NCBI GenBank assembly: GCA_963769025.1
Contig: CAVYKI010000010.1
Coordinates: 384,001-448,000 of the forward strand
Origin: an uncultured Verrucomicrobiae bacterium
Lineage (GTDB): Bacteria; Verrucomicrobiota; Verrucomicrobiia; Chthoniobacterales; Chthoniobacteraceae
Length of the DNA: 64,000 nt
Direction: 5' to 3'
In this document: piece after piece, positions 32,595 to 41,513 of the stretch
How positions within the stretch are numbered: position 1 is the stretch's first letter
How the letters are laid out: the number at the start of each line of letters is the position of its first letter
Position numbers and translations under genes: made by a program
Notes under the pieces: model-generated
The model's database searches: none
What the model was told of the DNA's origin: nothing
What the model saw: only the letters and a program-made list of their open reading frames with translations

Positions 32595-33857
32595 CTACGA
32601 GACGAGCGGCAGAAAGACGGTGAACGTGCTGCCCTGGCCGGACTTTGTCGTGAGGCGGATGGCGCCTCCGGCTTCGTTGATGAGTTCCTTCACGCTGCCA
32701 AGCCCGAGGCCGGTCCCCTGCCCGGGCCGCTTGGTGGTGAAAGGCTGGTGGAAGAGCCGCGGAACGACGGCGGACGGAATGCCGGGACCATTGTCGCGAA
32801 CGCTGATGGCCACCATGGGCATGTCGGCCGCGAAACGGTCGGACAGGATGAAGCGTTCGTCCGTGCCGTTCGTGAAGCCGGCGATATCAAACTTTTTCGG
32901 AATCGCCTGCGCGATGACTTCGACGCGGATGGGCGCCGTCGCGCTCTGGAGCCCATTGAGCGCAAGATTGATCAGGACGCGGAGCAGATCCGTGCCGGAA
33001 ATGGCGGCGTGAGTGTGCTCATCGAGTTCGCTGATGGTGAGTTCGCAGCCCTCGGCGCTCGGGTGCTTGCTCAGGAGTTCCTGCAAGTCCACGAGCACCT
33101 CGTTCACAGCGACACTCTCGTTGACGGCGCCGTCGGCGGCACGGCGGACGCCGAGGTAGCGCCGTGAGATTTCCAGGCATCGCACGACCTGACCGTGGAC
33201 GCGGGCGATGCTGTTCTTCATCTTCTCGAGCTCCTCGCCCTCAAGGCTGGCGGCGCTGCCGACCTGCTTGTGGATGAGCTCGATGAACCCGTTGATGACG
33301 GTGAGCGGGCTGTTGAGATCGTGGAGGATGTTGCCCGCGGTGTCGCCGGCGCGCGCGATGGATCCGCCGATGGCAGAGTCCGAAATTTCCTCCTGCAATT
33401 TTTGCAGGCGCACGTGCGCCGACTTGAGTTCGTGGCTGGCGCGGCGCTTGGCGAGCGCCTTGCTGGCGGCGGTGCGCAGCGCGGCGATGTCGAACGGCTT
33501 GTTGAGATACTCCCTAGCCCCGAGGCGGAGCGCCTGCCGCGCGGTCTCGAGCGTCTCGTAGGCCGTGAGCATGATGACCTCGATGTCCTCGTCGATGTGC
33601 TTGAGCTCGCGCAGGACGTCCACGCCGGACATTCCGTGCATGAGGATGTCGAGGATGGCTACATCGACCTTGTTGCTGCGCGCAAGTTTCACGGCGTCGA
33701 TGCCGTTGGAGGCGAGCAGCACGTCAAAGTCGTTCTTGAAAACGACCTTGAGCGAGGTGCGCGGCCCTTCCTCGTCGTCAACGACGAGCAGCACAGGTTT
33801 GCCGGAGGCGGGCTTTTCGAGGTGGATGACGGGTTCCGGCACGGCGGTGGAAAACAT
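32595..33857 (-). CDS. Hybrid REC + histidine kinase
   Basis: 'LVVDDE', 'LDILM', 'LHDLNSPL', 'PFTTK..GQGTGLGL'; start at MFSTAVP. Confidence 0.9.
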   Translation of the reverse strand: MFSTAVPEPVIHLEKPASGKPVLLVVDDEEGPRTSLKVVFKNDFDVLLASNGIDAVKLARSNKVDVAILDILMHGMSGVDVLRELKHIDEDIEVIMLTAYETLETARQALRLGAREYLNKPFDIAALRTAASKALAKRRASHELKSAHVRLQKLQEEISDSAIGGSIARAGDTAGNILHDLNSPLTVINGFIELIHKQVGSAASLEGEELEKMKNSIARVHGQVVRCLEISRRYLGVRRAADGAVNESVAVNEVLVDLQELLSKHPSAEGCELTISELDEHTHAAISGTDLLRVLINLALNGLQSATAPIRVEVIAQAIPKKFDIAGFTNGTDERFILSDRFAADMPMVAISVRDNGPGIPSAVVPRLFHQPFTTKRPGQGTGLGLGSVKELINEAGGAIRLTTKSGQGSTFTVFLPLVS

Positions 33858-33867
33858 GGATGTCGGG

Positions 33868-35145
33868 TTAGAATCGATAACCTGCACTGACGGAAATCGC
33901 GTGGCTGTTAAATTTGTAGGTGCCGTCTGCGACGCCGCCCTGGCTGACGGTGCGCGTGGGGCCGAAGGCGTACTGGTAGGCGATGTCAAAGTCCCATTGC
34001 TTGTACGTTTTGCCGAACCCCATGCTGAAGATGTGGCGGTTCGAGTCGGGCACGATCGGGTTGAACGCACTGTTGGAGATGCTGTTCTCGCTGTAGATGT
34101 AGCCGGCGCTGGCGGTGAGGCCACTGTCGAATCTGTACGTCGCGCCGAATTCGTAGAAGAACGAGGACTGCCAGTTGAACGGCAGCGGGACATTGCCGCT
34201 GCCCTTGTTGAGGAGGACGGTGTTGAGGCGGTCCCAGTCGGTCCAGTCCACGTTGACTTCGAGGTTCCACTTCTCCGTCGGACGGTAGCTGTAGCCGAGG
34301 ACGATGTTCTGCGGGAAGACGATGTTCGCCGTGGCGGATTCTCGGTTGCCGATGACGGTCGGGATGTAGGTGTTCGCGTGGCCGTCGAAAGTCACCTGCG
34401 TCTCGCTGCGATACATGAGGCCAAAGCTGTGCTTGGGATCCGGGCGCCACATGATGCCCGCGTTTGCGCCGAGGCCCCAGCCGGCGCCTTCGAATTCAAA
34501 CGCATCGCCCACCGTGACGATGCCGCGCTTGAGCGCAGTCTTGGCGTAGTTGATCGTCGGACCGGCGGCGACGGAAAGCGTCTTGGTGACCTGCCAGGCG
34601 ACGACGGGGTTCAGCGACGTGTAGGCGATGCTTCCGCTGATCGCCGCCTGCCGCAGCGGCGAATTTTCCGGATACCAGACGCCAAAGCCGTACGGGGAGT
34701 ACATGCCGAAGCCGAAGGTGAACGGGGAGTTCTCCTTTTTCCAGGTGGCGTAAAAGCTGCCCGCGACCTGCCAGCGGTGGCTGATGTCGAGCGAGCCGCG
34801 GCCGCCGGAGAGATTCACCTGGTTGCCGAGCGTGATGGCGTAGGTGCCCATGCGCAGGCGCAGGCCGCCCTCACCGCCGGAAGATTCCGGTTCCGCGGGC
34901 ACGGCCCCCTTTCCGCCGAGCGACGGCGTGAAGGCGGGCGAGTTCAGGTCGGTCGAGTAGAGCTGCGAGATGCCGGCGGGATTGTAGTAGATGGCCGAGG
35001 GATTGTCGGCGGTCGCGGTAAATGCGTTGCCCCTCGCGGTGGCGTGCGCGTCCTGATCCGAGATCCGGATGCCGAGCGCGAATGAAACGGTGGGGACGAA
35101 CGAGGCAATGGCGACAGCCAGAGCGATAGGGTGGGCTTTTTTCAT
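33868..35145 (-). CDS. FadL/OmpP1/TodX family outer membrane transporter
   Basis: 'ATADNPSAIYYNPAG', 'SPYG', terminal 'GYRF'. Confidence 0.92.
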   Translation of the reverse strand: MKKAHPIALAVAIASFVPTVSFALGIRISDQDAHATARGNAFTATADNPSAIYYNPAGISQLYSTDLNSPAFTPSLGGKGAVPAEPESSGGEGGLRLRMGTYAITLGNQVNLSGGRGSLDISHRWQVAGSFYATWKKENSPFTFGFGMYSPYGFGVWYPENSPLRQAAISGSIAYTSLNPVVAWQVTKTLSVAAGPTINYAKTALKRGIVTVGDAFEFEGAGWGLGANAGIMWRPDPKHSFGLMYRSETQVTFDGHANTYIPTVIGNRESATANIVFPQNIVLGYSYRPTEKWNLEVNVDWTDWDRLNTVLLNKGSGNVPLPFNWQSSFFYEFGATYRFDSGLTASAGYIYSENSISNSAFNPIVPDSNRHIFSMGFGKTYKQWDFDIAYQYAFGPTRTVSQGGVADGTYKFNSHAISVSAGYRF

Positions 35146-35313
35146 GGTTGGGCGCGAATGAGATAGCAAGTCCCCTGCCGGTCTGACAGACAAAATTCTT
35201 ATCGCAGCGAGAATGCCTTTTGTTTGGCCCGTGCAGCAGTTCCGCCGCAGATGACGCCAAATTTAATTATTTTTCCGAGCAATCCAGTCCGCCCTGACTC
35301 AAACTCTCGGCAC

Positions 35314-35985
35314 ATGAAACTACTGGTCATCGAAGACGAATTGAAAATCGCGAGCCTGCTGAAGAAGGGATTGCAGGAACAGGGCTTCGAAGTGGACATC
35401 AGCGGCGACGGCGAAGACGGCCTCGATCGCGCGACCACGACGCCCTACGACGCGATCGTCATCGACATCATGCTGCCCAAGCGCGACGGCCTCAGCGTGC
35501 TCCGGACCTTGCGCACGCGAAAGGTGACGGCGCCGGTGATGATCATCACCGCACGCGGCGACGTGACCGAGCGCATCGAGGGCCTGAACCTCGGCGCGGA
35601 TGATTACATGGCAAAGCCGTTCTCGATGGACGAAGTGGTCGCGCGGATTCGCGCCCTGATCCGCCGCGTCACCGGCGAGACCATCACGCTCTACAAGGTC
35701 GGCGACCTCACGATGAACCTCGTGAAGCGCGAAGTCATGCGCGGCACCCGGAAGATCCATCTCACCGCCCGCGAATTCCGCCTGCTCGAGCACCTCATGC
35801 GGCTGCCCGGCCAGGTGGTCACCCGCACGCAGCTCATCGAACGCGTGTGGGAATATCACTTCGACCCCGGGACGAACCTCGTGGACGTGTACATCCAGCG
35901 GCTGCGGCGGAAGCTCGATGACGGCGAGGACGTGAAGCTCATCCAGACCGTGCGCGGCGTCGGCTATAGCGTGACGGCAGAATAG
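35314..35985 (+). CDS. OmpR-family response regulator (CusR/CzcR-like)
   Basis: 'DIMLPKRDG', 'GADDY..KPF', 'TNLVDVYI', 'TVRGVGY'. Confidence 0.93.
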   Translation: MKLLVIEDELKIASLLKKGLQEQGFEVDISGDGEDGLDRATTTPYDAIVIDIMLPKRDGLSVLRTLRTRKVTAPVMIITARGDVTERIEGLNLGADDYMAKPFSMDEVVARIRALIRRVTGETITLYKVGDLTMNLVKREVMRGTRKIHLTAREFRLLEHLMRLPGQVVTRTQLIERVWEYHFDPGTNLVDVYIQRLRRKLDDGEDVKLIQTVRGVGYSVTAE

Positions 35986-35988
35986 CCG

Positions 35989-37380
35989 ATGAACGCCCAG
36001 CCGCTCAGGACGCGCCTGGTTTTGTGGACGGTGCTGGTCGGCGGGCTTTCCGTGGCGCTCTTCGGCGGAATCATCGGCCAGTCGCTGAAGCTGGCGATGC
36101 GGCGGCATCTCGACTCGACGCTGAAACGGGAGGGAAACAGCGTCTTCCAGAATGTCCAGCGGCTGGGTCATGCGATGAACTGGAGCGACCAGGCCGAGGT
36201 GGCGAAACTCTTCAGCGCGGTCATCAGCCTTTACAGCTTCGAGATCGAGGAGCCACCCGGCAAACTGGTGTACCGCTCCAGGGATCTCGGCGACACGCCG
36301 CTCCCCACTGGTCCGGAGGATTCGGTCTATACGGGTTCCGTCGGCGGTTCCGATGCCGTCAGGGTCCTGCAAATCAACAGGGGAACGATGCGCATCCGCG
36401 TCGCGGTGGATGCCAGCCCTTTGACCGAATGGGAGAAAAGCATGTGGTGGACGTACGCCATCATCATCCCACTCACGCTCGCCTTCCTCGCCGGCGGGGC
36501 GCGTTGGCTGTATGTGAAGGCGCTGAAGCCCGTGGACGACATCGTGGAGGCGGCGGAACGGATCACCGCCAAGAGCCTCGAACAACGCCTGCCGTTGACC
36601 GGCAACCGCGACGAAATCGGACATCTCACGACGGTTCTGAACCGGATGATCGACCGCCTTCAGCTCAGCTTTGAGCAGGCGCGGCGTTTCAGCGCCGACG
36701 CGTCGCACGAACTCAAGACGCCGCTCACCATCATCCGCGGCGAACTCGAGATCGCGCTGCGCTCGGGGGAAATTCCGCACGGAGTCGAGCGGACGATGCT
36801 CGACCTGCTCGACGAGACGGGGCGGCTCATCCACATCGTCGAGGGGCTGCTGCTCCTCTCGCAGGCGGATGCGGGAAAATTTCCGGTCGGCAGCGACCCG
36901 GTACCGCTCACGGAACTCATCGAGGAACTCGCGGAGGACATCGAGATCCTCGGGGACCGGCTGGAAATCGAAGTGACGCTCCAACTCGAGCCTTCCGTCC
37001 GCGTCAAAGGCAGCCCGCAGTTTCTCCGCCAGCTCGTGCTCAACCTTTTCGACAACGCGATCAAATACAACCGGCGCAGCGGCACCATCCGCTGCGAACT
37101 CACGACCGCCGCCGGCATGGCCGTCTTCCGCATCGCGAACACGGGCGAGACGATCCCGCCCGGCGATCGCGAGCGCATCTTCAACCGCTTTTTCCGCGTG
37201 GAGTCTTCGCGCACGCGGGGCGATGCCGGCGGCGGCCAGGGCCTCGGCCTGAGCATCGCCCGCGAAATCGTCCGCGCACACGGCGGCACGCTCACCATCG
37301 AAAACTCGGAGCCCGGCTGGACCATGTTCCAGTTCACCATTCCGCTTTGCGATTCCCCCGCGGGAAAAACGGATCGCTGA
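35989..37380 (+). CDS. HAMP sensor histidine kinase (CusS-like)
   Basis: Two TM segments, HAMP, 'DASHELKTPL', 'GLGLSI'. Confidence 0.93.
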   Translation: MNAQPLRTRLVLWTVLVGGLSVALFGGIIGQSLKLAMRRHLDSTLKREGNSVFQNVQRLGHAMNWSDQAEVAKLFSAVISLYSFEIEEPPGKLVYRSRDLGDTPLPTGPEDSVYTGSVGGSDAVRVLQINRGTMRIRVAVDASPLTEWEKSMWWTYAIIIPLTLAFLAGGARWLYVKALKPVDDIVEAAERITAKSLEQRLPLTGNRDEIGHLTTVLNRMIDRLQLSFEQARRFSADASHELKTPLTIIRGELEIALRSGEIPHGVERTMLDLLDETGRLIHIVEGLLLLSQADAGKFPVGSDPVPLTELIEELAEDIEILGDRLEIEVTLQLEPSVRVKGSPQFLRQLVLNLFDNAIKYNRRSGTIRCELTTAAGMAVFRIANTGETIPPGDRERIFNRFFRVESSRTRGDAGGGQGLGLSIAREIVRAHGGTLTIENSEPGWTMFQFTIPLCDSPAGKTDR

Positions 37381-37398
37381 TCGCCGGGGGCGCGCAGC

Positions 37399-37533
37399 CT
37401 ACTTGAGCGGATCCTTTTTGCTGCAACCGCAGCCGCCCTTGCCGGCCTTTTTCGAGCGCGCGCGCAGCACGAGATACACCACCGCGCCGAGCACCGCCGC
37501 GACGACGAGGATCTGCTGGACGGTCTCGTTCAC
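37399..37533 (-). CDS. FeoB-associated Cys-rich small membrane protein
   Basis: 44 aa, one TM plus 'GGCGC'; GTG start overlaps the feoB stop. Confidence 0.75.
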   Translation of the reverse strand: MNETVQQILVVAAVLGAVVYLVLRARSKKAGKGGCGCSKKDPLK

Positions 37534-39614
37534 TGGAAGCCGAGCAGCCGCCCGCCCTGGTAAACGACAAACGCGCCGACCCACGCGAGCACGGTCATGT
37601 AAGCGATTTGGAACAGCGGCCAGCGCCACGAGTTCGTCTCGCGCCGCACGATGGCGACGGTGCTGATGCACTGCATCGCGAGGACGTAGAAGACCATGAT
37701 CGAAAGGCACACGAGCGGCGTGAAGACGGGCGTCCCGTCGGCACGGCGCTCGGCGCGCATCTGGCTGCGGAGATCCTCATTCTCCTCATCGGCGTCCTCG
37801 ATGTTGTAAATCTGGCCCATGGTGCTCACGAAAACTTCGCGCGCGGCGAACGAGGCGACAAGGCCGATGCCGATTTTCCAATCGTAGCCCAGCGGCGCGA
37901 TGACCGGCTCGATCGCGTGCCCCATCCGCCCGCCGATGCTGTGCGCGAGGGACTCGGACGGCGTGGGATCCGGCGTCGTGGGCTTCGGATAGCTGAGCAG
38001 CGCCCAGAGGATGACGCTGAGGGCGAGGATGACCGTGCCCGCCCGGCGGAGGAACAGCACCGCACGCTCCCACATCCGCTGCACGATGCCGCGCAACACG
38101 GGCGCGCGGTAAGGCGGCAGTTCGAGCAGCAGCATGGGCGTCTCGCTGCGCAGGATCGTCTTTTTGAAAAGGCCCGCCATGACGAACGCGGCGAGGATGC
38201 CGATCAGATACATGCACAGCATCACCCCCGCCTTGCTCCACACTCCCTGCGCGGGCATGAGCAGCGAAATCATGATCGCATACACCGGGAGCCGCGCGGA
38301 GCAGCTCATCAGCGGCGCGACGAGGATGGTGACGAAGCGGTCGTTGCGGTTCTCGATCGTGCGCGTCGCCATGATGCCTGGAATCGCGCACGCGAACGAA
38401 CTCAGCAGCGGGACAAACGATTTCCCGTGCAGGCCCACGCGCGACATCATGCGGTCCATGATGAACGCGGCGCGCGCCATGTAGCCGCTGTCCTCCAGCA
38501 GCCCGAGGAAGAAAAAGAGGATCAGGATTTGCGGGAGAAATATGACGACATTGCCCACGCCGCCGATCACGCCGTCCACGACAAGGCTCTGCAGATCGCC
38601 GGGCGGAAGGTGCGCGCCTGTCCATTTTGCGAGCGCCTCCATCCCGGCGCTGATCCACTCCATCGGCGCCTGCGCGACGACGAAGATGCACACGAACATC
38701 AGCACCATCATCCCGATGAACGCGATCCAGCCCCACAGCTTGTGCGTGAGGATCTGGTCCATGTGGTCGCTGAACGTCAGCCCGTGCGAATCCTCCCCGC
38801 GACGGTGCACGACGGAAGCGCACACTTCCGACACCCACGCGTAGCGCGCATCCACCGGCGCGGCGATCGGGTCCAGCCCGCTGAGCCGCAGCCGCTCGCG
38901 CGCGGCATGGATCTCCGCGAGCAGCGCGGCATTCCCTTTCACCTCCGCGCCAAGGCGTTCGTCTTCGAGCGAAAGGAGCAGCATCGCCTCCGGGCGCGTG
39001 CTTCCCGCGTGGCAATCGATGATGCGCGACAGCGCGGCGACCTCGCGTTCGAGCACGATGGGGAGCTGCGCCTTGCGGTCGGAAACGTGGAGCGTGGGAC
39101 GGGAGAGCGCCTGCTTGAGCTCGATGAGCCCCTGCCCGCGGCTCGCGACCATCGGGATCACCGGCACGCCCAGGCTGTCGCGCAACGCGAGCAGATCGAT
39201 CGACAGCCCGCGCTTTTCCGCGACGTCCACCATGTTCAGCGCGACGATGACGGGGATGTCCAGTTCGAGAAATTGCGCGACGAGGTAGAGATGCCGGTCG
39301 AGGTTCGACGCATCGAGCACCGCGATGATCGCATCCGGCCGCGGCGTCCCGGGCACGCGGCCCAGCAGCAAATCGCGCGACACCGCCTCGTCCGGCGAAC
39401 GCACCTGCAGGCTGTAGCTGCCCGGCAGATCGAGCAGTTCCATCGCCTCGCCGTGGCTGCCAAAAAATCGCCCCGTCTTTTTTTCCACCGTCACGCCGGG
39501 ATAGTTCCCCACTTTCTGACGCAGGCCCGTGAGGGCGTTGAAAATCGTGCTCTTCCCCGTGTTCGGATTTCCGGCGATGGCGATGCGTCGGAAGAGTTTT
39601 GGAAGGTCACCCAT
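37530..39614 (-). CDS. feoB: Ferrous iron transporter FeoB
   Basis: 'GNPNTGKS', 'VGNYPGVTVE', 'DLPG', 'EDSGYMARAA', 'MSCSARLP'. Confidence 0.97.
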   Translation of the reverse strand: MGDLPKLFRRIAIAGNPNTGKSTIFNALTGLRQKVGNYPGVTVEKKTGRFFGSHGEAMELLDLPGSYSLQVRSPDEAVSRDLLLGRVPGTPRPDAIIAVLDASNLDRHLYLVAQFLELDIPVIVALNMVDVAEKRGLSIDLLALRDSLGVPVIPMVASRGQGLIELKQALSRPTLHVSDRKAQLPIVLEREVAALSRIIDCHAGSTRPEAMLLLSLEDERLGAEVKGNAALLAEIHAARERLRLSGLDPIAAPVDARYAWVSEVCASVVHRRGEDSHGLTFSDHMDQILTHKLWGWIAFIGMMVLMFVCIFVVAQAPMEWISAGMEALAKWTGAHLPPGDLQSLVVDGVIGGVGNVVIFLPQILILFFFLGLLEDSGYMARAAFIMDRMMSRVGLHGKSFVPLLSSFACAIPGIMATRTIENRNDRFVTILVAPLMSCSARLPVYAIMISLLMPAQGVWSKAGVMLCMYLIGILAAFVMAGLFKKTILRSETPMLLLELPPYRAPVLRGIVQRMWERAVLFLRRAGTVILALSVILWALLSYPKPTTPDPTPSESLAHSIGGRMGHAIEPVIAPLGYDWKIGIGLVASFAAREVFVSTMGQIYNIEDADEENEDLRSQMRAERRADGTPVFTPLVCLSIMVFYVLAMQCISTVAIVRRETNSWRWPLFQIAYMTVLAWVGAFVVYQGGRLLGFQ

Positions 39615-39617
39615 GGC

Positions 39618-39884
39618 TCAGATTCGTTGCACGCGGATGCCCGCGGCTTCCGCCTTGCGCAGCGAAATGTGCGCGCCGCGGACCTTGAATTCCATCGGGT
39701 CGCCCAGCGGCGCAAAACGCACGACCTCGACCACCGTCCCGACCGTGAAGCCCATTTCCATCACCCGGCCGCGCATCGATCCGGGCACTTCCACGGCGAG
39801 CACCTTCGCGCGCTGTCCCGGTTGGAGCGCACTGAGAGGTTCCGCCTCGCTCCGGGGCTCCGCTGTCTCCGCGTTGTCACTCAT
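39618..39884 (-). CDS. feoA: FeoA
   Basis: 'RVMEMGF..G', 'APLGDP', 'SLRK.EA'. Confidence 0.92.
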   Translation of the reverse strand: MSDNAETAEPRSEAEPLSALQPGQRAKVLAVEVPGSMRGRVMEMGFTVGTVVEVVRFAPLGDPMEFKVRGAHISLRKAEAAGIRVQRI

Positions 39885-39890
39885 GGCGGC

Positions 39891-40133
39891 TCAGACTGCG
39901 AACCGCTCCACTTCCACGTGGTCGCAAAGTTCACGGCCCAGCGCCAGGCGCGTCCCCATCAGCAGGCAGATCACCGCAGCGCCGTCCGCGATTTTCCGCA
40001 CCACCACGTGGTCGCGGAAGCCCAGTTCACGCAGCCGAACGCAGTGCGGACAGTCCGGGCAGATGTGCCGGACACGCAACTGCTCGCCGCATTTTGCGGT
40101 CGCGAGCGTCAGTTTCGGAGTGGGGAAAAGCAT
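39891..40133 (-). CDS. Second FeoA-family protein with a CPDCPHC segment
   Basis: 'RLRELGF', 'GTRLALGRE'; start at MLFPTPK. Confidence 0.75.
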   Translation of the reverse strand: MLFPTPKLTLATAKCGEQLRVRHICPDCPHCVRLRELGFRDHVVVRKIADGAAVICLLMGTRLALGRELCDHVEVERFAV

Positions 40134-40157
40134 CGGTGTATTTCTTACTACAGTGCC

Positions 40158-40199
40158 TGAGATTGGGTCGCAAGAACAATTGCGATTGAGTCGCAATTG
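40158..40199. promoter_or_regulatory. Putative metal-regulator (Fur-family-like) operator, perfect site plus a weaker tandem copy
   Basis: CAATTGCGA-N5-TCGCAATTG (40177-40199) and TGAGATTGGGTCGCAA (40158-40173), just upstream of feo. Confidence 0.7.
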
Positions 40200-40302
40200 G
40201 CCTCGCGGACAGGTGAAATACCCGCCCGGAGGCACCGGATTAGGCGGTTTGTCCGCAATTTTTCCGATGTCGCACGCGCGGGAGCCGGACCACTGCCCGC
40301 AG

Positions 40303-41507
40303 TCAGCGGGAAGTACGGACTAGGCGCGCTTTGGGTGCCTGTGGGCGTCGGGAGGCAGTGAGCCACGGATGCGCGAGCGCGCCGGATGCGGACGCGCGTG
40401 CGGAAGCTTCCACCGCCAGCAGCGACGCGAGAAAATCCGCAGCGACGTCGGCTTCCGTTTTCGGGAGCTTGGAGAGGCGGCGGACAAACGGCTGCAGCGA
40501 CGTGCGACGGATCGCGGGGCGGAAACGGAGCGCGCCGTCTTGCTCGAAATAGGCGGAGCGGTAGAGGGCCGCGTCGATCATCGCGGGCGGCAGCGGCCCG
40601 CGCAGCCGGGTGATTTCGAGGAGGTGTTCGTAGTTCAGGGTGAGGTCGAGCAGATCGTCCGCGCCGCGGACCTCGCGCCATTTCTCCTCGTGGATGTTCT
40701 TCTCCCCTTCGATCTCGGACGAACCGGGCAGGCTGTTCGCATAACCCCAGAGCGTGGCGTAGGTGCCGTCGAGCGCTGTGTCGTTCAACTGCCGAGCCTG
40801 CCACACGGTGCCGTAGCGTCCGCTGCCGAGGACCTTTTCGAGCGCGTACTTTCCGGCGATGATCGTGCCAGGCTTGAATTGCTCGGCCTTTTCAACGGTC
40901 TCGTCCGCCTTCACGCTTTCGGCGAGCGGGAGTTCGATGGCTTCCTTGCCCGTGCTGAACTCGCGGTACTTTTTCGCCGCGGCTTTGCGCGGGCTGAAGA
41001 GGCGGCGGCCGGTGAGCATTTCAAAGACGGTGCAGCCGAGGCTCCACAGGTCCACGGCTGTGCTCAGCGGTGCGCCGATGATCAGTTCCGGCGCCATGTA
41101 TTCGCGCGTGCCGAAGGTGGAGCCCTGCTTGAAGCGGTTGTCGGCGCTGCCGAGGTCGGCGAGGCGCGCGGTGCCGGTGCGGGCGTCGTAGAGGATATTG
41201 TCGGGCTTGATGTCCGTGTGCGCGTAGCCGCAGCGGTGCAGGCGCTCGGTGGCGCGCAGGAGTTCGCGGGTCACGCGCTTCACGCGGGCGAGCGGCAGCG
41301 GCTCCGCGATCGAGCGCGTCGTCGAGGCTGCGCCCGTGCTTTTCGTAGGCCATGCACACGTGGCCGTCGTGGAGGAATGCCTCGTGCAGTGCCGATGATG
41401 TCCGGGCACTCGCCGAGTTCGCGGCGGAGGAGCTTGTGCAGCGACACCTCGAAGACAGCCCCCTTGCTGTAGCGGCGGCGCTGGATTTTGAGCGCGATTT
41501 TCTCCAC
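40303..41507 (-). CDS. SRPK-like Ser/Thr protein kinase with displaced glycine-rich loop (two +1 indels near 41392 and 41303)
   Basis: 'IALK', 'HTDIKPDN', 'ADLG', 'TREYMAPE', 'DLWSLGC..FEMLTG..LF.P', 'EHLLEI...GPLP', 'ADFL..LL', 'HPWL'. Confidence 0.88.
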
Positions 41508-41513
41508 GGCGAA

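Noticed and set aside
37608..40160. Long antisense or alternative-frame ORFs (e.g. 1099-3018, 35320-37281, 37608-40160, 55110-56624)
   Set aside because: Shadow ORFs from high GC3 bias opposite well-supported genes, with no motifs.
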